Positions 1-6,431 of a stretch of 7,480 nucleotides of DNA are shown here, piece by piece (the first letter of the stretch is position 1; every line of letters begins with the position of its first letter). The stretch comes from a virus (Duplodnaviria > Heunggongvirae > Uroviricota > Caudoviricetes), in the IMG/VR virus record IMGVR_UViG_2690316225_000012; one strand, 5' to 3'. The position numbers and the translations under genes were made by a program. A model generated the notes under the pieces. The model made no database searches and was not told where the DNA came from. It saw only the letters and a list, made by a program, of their open reading frames with translations.

Positions 1-1
1 G

Positions 2-109
2 AATTACGAGAAGCGCCATACCAAACAGGGGATACAGACCAACCTGACGCTGAAAGAGGAAAGCTACGGCGACTGGCTGCCAAAATGTGACGACCCTGCG
101 ACAGCCTGA
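2..109 (+). CDS. 3' end of an unidentified gene (last 35 codons; start lies outside the window)
   Basis: Frame 2 is open from the window edge to TGA at 107-109 (...NYEKRHTKQGIQTNLTLKEESYGDWLPKCDDPATA*); the other two + frames contain stops. A terminator hairpin follows immediately. Product not recognised. Confidence 0.4.
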   Translation, partial: NYEKRHTKQGIQTNLTLKEESYGDWLPKCDDPATA

Positions 110-115
110 CCCACC

Positions 116-140
116 TGACCGGCATCTGCCGGTCTTTTTT
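116..140 (+). terminator. Rho-independent terminator
   Basis: Stem GACCGGC (116-122), loop ATCT, stem GCCGGTC (127-133), then T7 (134-140), 7 nt after the stop codon of the upstream partial ORF. Confidence 0.7.
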
Positions 141-470
141 TATCCCTGAATTCCCCGAAGGTGAACAATCCACTGTTCACCCTTCACCGTACATTCACCC
201 GTTATCACACTGAAATTTAAAGAGAAAAATGAAAGGTGAACAGTGTGAACAATCAAATCAAAAAAAAACTTTTTTCTCCCTGTGTGATTTCAGTTCGGGG
301 GATTAATCACCGGTATGAGTCACACCGGCAGAATGCCGGAGGTGAAGAATCGAATGTTCACCCTTCACCCATTATTCACCACCTATCACTCTGAAATAAA
401 AGGAGAAAATCAAAGGGTGAACAGTGTGAACAGTTCTTTCGAAAAAAAATTTTTTTCCTGTACGATATAG
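116..470. repeat. Two direct repeat units, about 180-bp period, roughly 80% identical by eye (approx. 116-288 and 325-468), each with internal palindromes and A/T tracts
   Basis: Unit A: GTGAACA(161-167)...TGTTCAC(174-180), TTCACC at 183-188 and 195-200, GGTGAACAGTGTGAACA (235-251), A-tract then T-tract (260-275). Unit B has the same order at +181: CCCTTCACCC (361-370), GGTGAACAGTGTGAACA (416-432), A8T7 (442-456). Each unit is preceded by a CCGGCA-N-TGCCGG hairpin (118-131; 325-339). No ORF in the track covers this region. Confidence 0.7.
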
Positions 471-743
471 CATCAATCCAAGTAAAAATGCGCTTTCATT
501 TCACATTAACTTACAGCCATTGGTATACGATTAGGTATACGCACAAAAACTGAATTAAACAAAATCGTTAAAAATCAAAGCAATATAATATTTATTCAAA
601 CTCCGCCAGCCCCCAATCATGATTGGACGGTGTAAGGACAACACCAACAAAAACAGGAAGTTAGCAGTCTCAGCAGGACACCGACCAGACGGTGAGGAGA
701 CAAAAAAGGATACGCAAAGGAGCCGCGGCTCTCAAGTGTGAAA

Positions 744-769
744 GAAGCCCGCAAATTGCGGGCTTTTTT
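744..769 (+). terminator. Rho-independent terminator
   Basis: GC-rich stem GCCCGC (747-752) / GCGGGC (758-763), extendable by A-T pairs, loop AAATT, followed by T6 (764-769). No ORF upstream, so it may end a non-coding transcript or insulate orf343. Confidence 0.8.
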
Positions 770-824
770 ATTGATCAGTCAACAATAAACAGTAACCGAA
801 TGAGAATTTAATAAGGATATTCAT

Positions 825-1856
825 ATGGAAGCTACTGTGGATTCGATTGATTTTCTGATCCGTAGTGAAGATGATTTTCTAAACTTTCTGGAAGAAATGA
901 AAGCCCGAGAGGGGCTTGATTCTAAAGAGTTTATTTTCCCTAACGTAAAGTTTGCAGGCTGGCCATCCTTAGACATAAATGTAAAAGGAGAGCGGTATCA
1001 TTCATCAATTACATCAGCAATGTTGTTTGGTATGTCAATGCTCAACGAGGAGATACAGCGGGCGTTTGCAACCATACGATACGGATCGCAGAATCTTCAA
1101 CGCTTGACTAATGAAGACAAGCAACGACTTGATATAAATTTTAAAATTAGCGAAGGTTCTAGTGATGCGGAAGGCACCACTGACAAGATCATCAACGCAG
1201 TAACTGATTTTTTGCGAGATACTATGTCTGGACTGAACGGCTGGCAGAAAATGCTTGTTATAATCACAATGGTTGGCGCGGCCAGCACATGTGGTTATCA
1301 CTACATTTCAGAAAATGCCGTAACAGAAAGACATGCAACTGATCGGCAGGTTGAAATTGCAAAAACCACATCCGATGGCATAAACAAAGCCATAGAAGCA
1401 ACATTAGATTATAAAATCTATGGGAAATCAGCGATTAGCGATAAAGTTACTAGTCACGGACAAGCAGGTAAAAGTGCTTTAGTGAAGCAATTAGCTGCTG
1501 ATCCTACTGTCGAAACCGTGACTTTAGGAAATGAGAAACTAACACGACAAGACCTAAATACCTACAACAGCCGACAATCTGTAGATAGAGAACGTAAAGA
1601 ACGAACTGATATATTTTCCATCAAAGGTGTAACCAGAACAGGGCCAACAAATCAGGATATTAATATTAACGTTGTTAGGGTCTCTAATGACGAATGCTTC
1701 ACAATCAAAGCTTCAGCTGATGTTATCACCCAAGATGAGTTGACAGCTATTGTTGACGCTTTGTCAAACAACTCTCATATTAAAATCAGTTACTTAGAGG
1801 TAATTGAAAAGGGTGCTGTTTCTATAGGTCAGTTCAACACTATTGTTTCAGAATAA
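825..1856 (+). CDS. Hypothetical protein, 343 aa, with one central hydrophobic (likely transmembrane) segment; AT-rich cargo gene of unknown function
   Basis: Long ORF with ATG at 825 and an AAGGA ribosome-binding site at 813-817 (7-nt spacing). Hydrophobic stretch WQKMLVIITMVGAASTCGYHYI. Visibly more AT-rich than the tail genes. No motif I can assign to a known family. Confidence 0.8.
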   Translation: MEATVDSIDFLIRSEDDFLNFLEEMKAREGLDSKEFIFPNVKFAGWPSLDINVKGERYHSSITSAMLFGMSMLNEEIQRAFATIRYGSQNLQRLTNEDKQRLDINFKISEGSSDAEGTTDKIINAVTDFLRDTMSGLNGWQKMLVIITMVGAASTCGYHYISENAVTERHATDRQVEIAKTTSDGINKAIEATLDYKIYGKSAISDKVTSHGQAGKSALVKQLAADPTVETVTLGNEKLTRQDLNTYNSRQSVDRERKERTDIFSIKGVTRTGPTNQDININVVRVSNDECFTIKASADVITQDELTAIVDALSNNSHIKISYLEVIEKGAVSIGQFNTIVSE

Positions 1857-1907
1857 TCACTTAACCCCATTTATGTCGGTTGAGGTTATAAGTCACGGAG
1901 ACCAGAT

Positions 1908-2252
1908 ATGTCCTTAAAGTATGCACATGAAAAATTTCATACTGCAGTACTTACTCTTGCGGGCCATGGAAGTATTCAAGAACGCTTGATTAATTCGTAT
2001 GTTTTTAGCCTTGGGCATCTTAAAACAGCCGATGATATTCCAAATGCCTTACAAAGCAGGTTCGATGAATTATGTAAGGAACTGACTAAGTTTGATGCCA
2101 CTGGCGATGAGGGGCGAGTTCAAGCAACAGTATCAAAACTTAACGATTTCGAGATCAATAAACTGATCGAAGATATTGTCAGTCTTAACGATGATATTTG
2201 CATGAAATTGGCTCTGACGGATGAGACTTACCAAGACATACACCAAAGTTAA
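1908..2252 (+). CDS. Hypothetical acidic protein, 114 aa; its last 27 codons lie inside the left inverted repeat
   Basis: ATG at 1908 with GGAG at 1897-1900 (7-nt spacing), 51 bp after orf343, same strand and AT-rich composition. Stop at 2250-2252, followed by a hairpin at 2280-2302. Confidence 0.75.
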   Translation: MSLKYAHEKFHTAVLTLAGHGSIQERLINSYVFSLGHLKTADDIPNALQSRFDELCKELTKFDATGDEGRVQATVSKLNDFEINKLIEDIVSLNDDICMKLALTDETYQDIHQS

Positions 2253-2279
2253 TTGATTAAATTCAAAAAGTTAACGTTC

Positions 2280-2302
2280 AACCAGCCAGTTTTTGGCTGG
2301 TT
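2280..2302 (+). terminator. Hairpin terminator downstream of orf114 (convergent with orf70)
   Basis: AACCAGCC (2280-2287), loop AGTTTTT, GGCTGGTT (2295-2302), followed by TATTGTCTT. Sits between the convergent orf114 and orf70. Confidence 0.55.
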
Positions 2303-2336
2303 TATTGTCTTATAATATTCTTGCTCGAATGATGCA

Positions 2337-2549
2337 CTATTTATGATGTAATCCGGACATCAGTTCATGGACAAGATTATCTCTTTCATTGTGTTGCAAC
2401 CGTAAATGCATAGCAAAAAGGTGAGCACTATCCTCATTCCTCTTCAAGCCATGCTGTTCAAGATACCCGAAAAAACGGCTTCTCTTATCCGCTATTTCCT
2501 GAGTCTGACGTGCAACATTTACCAAATTTTCTAGCGTTTTTCTTGGCAT
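2337..2549 (-). CDS. Hypothetical small basic protein, 70 aa, immediately downstream of pin (copy 1)
   Basis: Identical to ORF 6135-6347; the strong AGGAGG ribosome-binding site read from the right copy (6122-6127, 7 nt before the ATG) is present here by symmetry. Product not recognised. Confidence 0.6.
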   Translation of the reverse strand: MPRKTLENLVNVARQTQEIADKRSRFFGYLEQHGLKRNEDSAHLFAMHLRLQHNERDNLVHELMSGLHHK

Positions 2550-2747
2550 ACTATTTCCTCCTGAAATTGTTGTAATTCACTAGGATATTCATTTTAATTT
2601 GTATCATTTAGTACCAAAACCGCTATCAATTAACAAAGCCATCGTTGTGGTTTACCTTGCAGCCGTTTTTTGTCATTGACTCTATGTGAAAATAATGAAT
2701 CATCATGAGATTGGCTCACACGTTCTTGAATTCGACGAGCTGTGTCT

Positions 2748-3302
2748 TTATTTATCTCCTGCCGGAAACCTCTGATACAAAGTCGATACGCCAACATCAT
2801 AGATAATCGCAACTTTCTGGCGCGGAACTCCTGATGCAATTAATCGTCCGGCTTGTGCCCATTGTTCTGGTGTAAGTTTGGGACGACGTCCACCAATTCG
2901 TCCCTGTGCGCGAGCAGCTTCCAGTCCAGCTTTTGTTCGTTCAACAATCAGTTCTCGTTCCATTTCAGCCAGGGCCCCCATCACATGAAAGAAAAAGCGC
3001 CCCATTGGGGTACTGGTATCAATTGAATCCGTCAGACTACGAAAGTTGATGCCTCGTTCGCGCAACTCCTCCACCAGCACGACAAGATGCCGCATACTGC
3101 GCCCCAGTCGGTCCAGTTTCCAGACCACCAGCGTATCGCCTGCCGATAATGTCCTGAGCAGTTTTTTCAGTCCCGGCCTTTCGGACTTTGTACCGCTTAT
3201 CTTGTCTTCAAAAATCAGCTCGCATCCTGCACAGTTCAGCGCATTACGTTGTAGATCTGTGTTCTGGTCATTTGTTGACACACGTACATAGCCAATAAGC
3301 AT
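2748..3302 (-). CDS. pin: Serine DNA invertase, Hin/Gin/Cin/Pin family (copy 1), 184 aa
   Basis: Translation MLIGYVRVSTNDQ... has the N-terminal catalytic Ser10 motif of small serine recombinases and a C-terminal helix-turn-helix region (GVPRQKVAIIYDVGVSTLYQRF). Preferred start is the internal ATG at 3300-3302, which has a GGAG site 7 nt upstream, not the ORF-track start at 3338. I recognise it as e14 Pin-like. Confidence 0.9.
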   Translation of the reverse strand: MLIGYVRVSTNDQNTDLQRNALNCAGCELIFEDKISGTKSERPGLKKLLRTLSAGDTLVVWKLDRLGRSMRHLVVLVEELRERGINFRSLTDSIDTSTPMGRFFFHVMGALAEMERELIVERTKAGLEAARAQGRIGGRRPKLTPEQWAQAGRLIASGVPRQKVAIIYDVGVSTLYQRFPAGDK

Positions 3303-3356
3303 GGTAGATCTCCCTGACAAAAGCAGGAATGATGCCATTTGCTCGTTATTTCTGCA

Positions 3357-3382
3357 TTTTCATAAACGTTGGTTTGGGAGAA
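3357..3382. other. 26-bp invertase crossover site 1 (pix/gix/hix-like)
   Basis: TTTTCATAAACG-TT-GGTTTGGGAGAA: two imperfectly palindromic 12-bp half-sites around a 2-bp AA/TT core, matching the architecture of hixL/gixL/cix sites. Located between pin and variable cassette A, in frame for GLGE. Confidence 0.75.
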
Positions 3383-3383
3383 G

Positions 3384-3823
3384 CGGCAAAACGAAATGTG
3401 GGCAACGGGGAAAACCAAATCCCTGATATGTCTTTCTGGACGGTTACTGGTGGCAATGGAAATTTTGTGATTCGTCAACCTGACGGGCTAATCATTCAGA
3501 TGGTTACTGTAAGTATAAGCGGTCCAGTGGCGATGAATGGAATGACTGATAATGCTTATGCCATTACAGGTTCTAATAAGTCTTATATTGCCACAGCCAC
3601 ATTGCCCTTTGTATTTCCTAATAAGGTGCTGGGCGTTATCCCTCTGGTATCAACAACAGCTTATGGTGGTGTATCCAGTAATATTACAGGTTCATACGCG
3701 ACGGCGGTTTGTTCTTTTGCCGCTGTCAGGGGGAATAATACGATTGTGTTCAAAGTCGACAAACCACTGAATGCAGCCTTTCCTTCAGATACCAGCGTCT
3801 CAGCGTTAATCATTGGACGGTAA
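3384..3823 (+). CDS. Side tail-fibre C-terminal variable cassette A (no start codon of its own; in frame with the GLGE codons of site 1)
   Basis: ORF track 3329-3823; the first 18 residues (MMPFARYFCIFINVGLGE) are read from pin-upstream and crossover-site sequence shared with cassette B, so the listed start is not real. Sequence diverges from cassette B exactly after GLGE. Confidence 0.75.
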
Positions 3824-3825
3824 GA

Positions 3826-4269
3826 ATGAACTCAGTATTCTTTTCACCCGCAAGTAAAAGTTTTTATCTGCAAGAATTGTTTCCAGAATATGAGGATGCG
3901 GGAACGCTTCCTGATGATGTTATTGAAATTACCAGAGAAACATATGAGCAATTTCTTGGGCTGCATCCAGAAGGGAAAGAAATTGGCGCTGACAGTTCAG
4001 GACGGCCAATATGGATTAATTCCCCGCCGCCTTCAAAAGAGGATGAGATGCTGGCGGCTGAAATGAAAAAGATATCTTTGGTTTCAGAAGTCAATACCTA
4101 CATCAATACCCATCAGTGGCCTGGCAAAGCTGCTATTGGTCGTCTGAAAGGTTACGAGCTGGAACAATATAATTTATGGCTGGATTATCTGGACGCACTG
4201 GAACTGGTTGATACCTCCAGTGCTCCAGATATTGAATGGCCTACGCCTCCGGTAGTTCAGGCCAGATGA
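3826..4269 (+). CDS. Tail fibre assembly protein (Tfa), paired with cassette A
   Basis: 147 aa ending ...YLDALELVDTSSAPDIEWPTPP, the conserved Tfa C-terminal motif. ATG lies 2 nt after the cassette A stop. Confidence 0.85.
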   Translation: MNSVFFSPASKSFYLQELFPEYEDAGTLPDDVIEITRETYEQFLGLHPEGKEIGADSSGRPIWINSPPPSKEDEMLAAEMKKISLVSEVNTYINTHQWPGKAAIGRLKGYELEQYNLWLDYLDALELVDTSSAPDIEWPTPPVVQAR

Positions 4270-4846
4270 CATCCGGCGCGGTGCTGGTATCTGTTGCAGT
4301 CACCGCGTCAATGTAATCCAGCACAGCGTTAAGCCGGGTTGTTTCTGCCTGCGTCAGCTTCCGCCCGGCCTGCAATTTCAGCTGAATCAGACTAATGGAA
4401 GCCATAGCAGCATCAATCAGTGACTGGCGCCGTACTTCTGCCGCGTCTACTGCGGCGTTATGCTGTGCCTCAGTATCGGTCACCCATTTCTCACCATCCC
4501 ATTTATCGTATGACGTTAACGGGGCGATAGTGGTTGTATTTTCAGGGTAATCACCCGGAACTGTGATTTCTTTTGATTCTCCTGTTTCGGTGCTATAGAC
4601 GATTTCACCGCGATGGTCTGGCACATATTCCCATGAGTTAAAATCTGCAGAACGGCAAATTGCATAACCAGCTTTATATGAGCCAGGAGCATCTAAACAG
4701 GAACATGCCGGGATACCAACACCCACAGCAAGATATTCAGTTGATGTGGAAATATATTCCCGTGTTTCACCATCATAATTATAAACGGTAATGTCTCCGG
4801 CCTTTGTGGCGATGAGTTCATTATTTAATACAGCTTTACTTATCAT
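4241..4846 (-). CDS. Tail fibre assembly protein (Tfa), paired with cassette B
   Basis: 201 aa ending ...LDYIDAVTATDTSTAPDVIWPELPEA (Tfa C-terminal motif). Start overlaps the cassette B stop as ATGA (4843-4846); its 3' end overlaps the other tfa by 29 bp. Confidence 0.85.
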   Translation of the reverse strand: MISKAVLNNELIATKAGDITVYNYDGETREYISTSTEYLAVGVGIPACSCLDAPGSYKAGYAICRSADFNSWEYVPDHRGEIVYSTETGESKEITVPGDYPENTTTIAPLTSYDKWDGEKWVTDTEAQHNAAVDAAEVRRQSLIDAAMASISLIQLKLQAGRKLTQAETTRLNAVLDYIDAVTATDTSTAPDVIWPELPEA

Positions 4847-5300
4847 GCAGCCCTCACAATATAATTAAAGGCGATGTTACGGGAGCGGGTTTCAGATGCT
4901 GTGCGAACTGAGCGAGATGCGTCGAATGTCCAGTTATAAGCGCCATAACCCTCAATAATTTCGGCTTCCTTTAGACCTGTAGATAATACTTGCCCATGTT
5001 GACTAAATGGCCCTGAACTAAGTACGTCTCTAAAAAGCTGGGTACGCCCAAAAGAACCAACAATATTCTGAATTGCATCATTCTGTGCAGATAATAAGTT
5101 ACGACCAGAGTCAATCCCGCGCCCATCATCCCAGCCACGAATAAATTCACCGCGTAAATCTGGTAATTTTAATGTTGGGTAAGCCTTTGCCAGATTTGGG
5201 TACTTTTCAGAAGAAAATACTGCTCCGTTACATTTTAGCCACCCCGTTGGCGGAGTGGCGGAAGGCCACGGAACAGGCACACCAACGGGTAATGCCGAAC
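4843..5300 (-). CDS. Side tail-fibre C-terminal variable cassette B (no start codon of its own; in frame with the GLGE codons of site 2)
   Basis: ORF track 4843-5355. After GLGE: GSALPVGVPVPWPSATPPTGWLKCNGAVFSSEKYPNLAKAYPTLKLPDLRGEFIRGWDDGRG...RNIAFNYIVRAA, which I recognise as a Mu S / e14 StfE-type fibre C-terminus. Confidence 0.8.
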
Positions 5301-5301
5301 C

Positions 5302-5327
5302 TTCTCCCAAACCAACGTTTATGAAAA
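5302..5327. other. 26-bp invertase crossover site 2 (inverted copy of site 1)
   Basis: TTCTCCCAAACC-AA-CGTTTATGAAAA; exact reverse complement of site 1; encodes FINVGLGE on the minus strand at the start of cassette B. Confidence 0.75.
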
Positions 5328-5381
5328 TGCAGAAATAACGAGCAAATGGCATCATTCCTGCTTTTGTCAGGGAGATCTACC

Positions 5382-5936
5382 ATGCTTATTGGCTATGTAC
5401 GTGTGTCAACAAATGACCAGAACACAGATCTACAACGTAATGCGCTGAACTGTGCAGGATGCGAGCTGATTTTTGAAGACAAGATAAGCGGTACAAAGTC
5501 CGAAAGGCCGGGACTGAAAAAACTGCTCAGGACATTATCGGCAGGCGATACGCTGGTGGTCTGGAAACTGGACCGACTGGGGCGCAGTATGCGGCATCTT
5601 GTCGTGCTGGTGGAGGAGTTGCGCGAACGAGGCATCAACTTTCGTAGTCTGACGGATTCAATTGATACCAGTACCCCAATGGGGCGCTTTTTCTTTCATG
5701 TGATGGGGGCCCTGGCTGAAATGGAACGAGAACTGATTGTTGAACGAACAAAAGCTGGACTGGAAGCTGCTCGCGCACAGGGACGAATTGGTGGACGTCG
5801 TCCCAAACTTACACCAGAACAATGGGCACAAGCCGGACGATTAATTGCATCAGGAGTTCCGCGCCAGAAAGTTGCGATTATCTATGATGTTGGCGTATCG
5901 ACTTTGTATCAGAGGTTTCCGGCAGGAGATAAATAA
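5382..5936 (+). CDS. pin: Serine DNA invertase, Hin/Gin/Cin/Pin family (copy 2), 184 aa
   Basis: Identical translation to copy 1; GGAG at 5371-5374, ATG at 5382. The ORF-track start at 5346 adds 12 codons with no ribosome-binding site and is not preferred. Confidence 0.9.
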   Translation: MLIGYVRVSTNDQNTDLQRNALNCAGCELIFEDKISGTKSERPGLKKLLRTLSAGDTLVVWKLDRLGRSMRHLVVLVEELRERGINFRSLTDSIDTSTPMGRFFFHVMGALAEMERELIVERTKAGLEAARAQGRIGGRRPKLTPEQWAQAGRLIASGVPRQKVAIIYDVGVSTLYQRFPAGDK

Positions 5937-6134
5937 AGACACAGCTCGTCGAATTCAAGAACGTGTGAGCCAATCTCATGATGATTCATTATTTTCACAT
6001 AGAGTCAATGACAAAAAACGGCTGCAAGGTAAACCACAACGATGGCTTTGTTAATTGATAGCGGTTTTGGTACTAAATGATACAAATTAAAATGAATATC
6101 CTAGTGAATTACAACAATTTCAGGAGGAAATAGT

Positions 6135-6347
6135 ATGCCAAGAAAAACGCTAGAAAATTTGGTAAATGTTGCACGTCAGACTCAGGAAATAGCGGATAAG
6201 AGAAGCCGTTTTTTCGGGTATCTTGAACAGCATGGCTTGAAGAGGAATGAGGATAGTGCTCACCTTTTTGCTATGCATTTACGGTTGCAACACAATGAAA
6301 GAGATAATCTTGTCCATGAACTGATGTCCGGATTACATCATAAATAG
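6135..6347 (+). CDS. Hypothetical small basic protein, 70 aa, downstream of pin (copy 2)
   Basis: AGGAGG at 6122-6127, ATG at 6135; identical to 2337-2549 (-). Confidence 0.6.
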   Translation: MPRKTLENLVNVARQTQEIADKRSRFFGYLEQHGLKRNEDSAHLFAMHLRLQHNERDNLVHELMSGLHHK

Positions 6348-6381
6348 TGCATCATTCGAGCAAGAATATTATAAGACAATA

Positions 6382-6404
6382 AACCAGCCAAAAACTGGCT
6401 GGTT
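6382..6404 (-). terminator. Hairpin terminator (inverted-repeat copy of 2280-2302), here oriented to end the truncated fibre transcript
   Basis: Reverse complement of the 2280-2302 hairpin; on the minus strand the stem is followed by TATTGTCTT. Confidence 0.5.
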
Positions 6405-6431
6405 GAACGTTAACTTTTTGAATTTAATCAA

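Larger units (their letters stand above)
2171..3383. repeat. Left arm of a 1,213-bp inverted repeat (partner 5301-6513)
   Basis: Position p on the left equals the reverse complement of position 8684-p on the right. Identical ORF translations on opposite strands (pin, orf70 and nested ORFs), plus direct comparison of intergenic stretches 2253-2336 vs 6348-6431 and 2550-2629 vs 6055-6134. Homology breaks at 2170/2171 and 3383/3384. Confidence 0.9.
3357..5327. mobile_element. Invertible tail-fibre host-range segment bounded by crossover sites 1 and 2
   Basis: Two inverted 26-bp crossover sites flank two convergent fibre C-terminal cassettes and two tfa genes, the layout known from Mu G, P1 C and e14 P segments. 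Confidence 0.75.

Noticed and set aside
116-470. CRISPR array
   Set aside because: Only two units, each about 130-170 bp and only about 80% identical, with no short exact repeats separated by unique spacers and no cas genes in the window.
1-800. tRNA or tmRNA gene as a prophage integration target, or a retron/DGR element
   Set aside because: I could not find a cloverleaf or a conserved T-loop/acceptor signature by eye, and there is no reverse-transcriptase ORF anywhere in the window.
1035-1301. Minus-strand ORFs 1035-1301 and 1097-1288 nested inside orf343
   Set aside because: They lie entirely antisense within a longer ORF that has a good ribosome-binding site; typical shadow ORFs with no start context of their own.
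2130-2155. Possible fourth, degenerate crossover site (GTATCAAAACTT-AA-CGATTTCGAGAT) 15 bp outside the left repeat arm
   Set aside because: Only partial similarity to the three clear sites (9/12 to the fibre-side half of site 3, 7/12 to the pin-side half) and its position does not mirror site 3 relative to the repeat boundary. It could be chance in AT-rich coding sequence, though it remains a candidate pseudo-site for the event that created the duplication.
2630-2839. 69-aa ORF (2630-2839 on the minus strand; copy at 5845-6054 on the plus strand)
   Set aside because: It overlaps the 3' end of pin by about 90 bp in another frame and has no convincing ribosome-binding site; its duplication merely reflects its position in the inverted repeat.
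3303-3338. Longer pin start (ORF-track starts at 3338 and 5346, adding MASFLLLSGRST)
   Set aside because: The internal ATG (3300-3302 / 5382-5384) has a GGAG site at the correct spacing and gives the canonical MLIGYVRVSTNDQ N-terminus with the catalytic serine at position 10; the extension would overlap the crossover site and the fibre cassette.
3046-3478. ORFs 3046-3291 (+) and 3236-3478 (-), and the copy 5393-5638 (-)
   Set aside because: Antisense or out-of-frame ORFs inside pin and across the crossover site; the serine-rich low-complexity translation looks like a frame artefact.
3552-4094. ORFs 3552-3770 (+) and 3864-4094 (-)
   Set aside because: Embedded in alternative frames or antisense within fibre cassette A and tfa, which have recognisable protein features; they have none.
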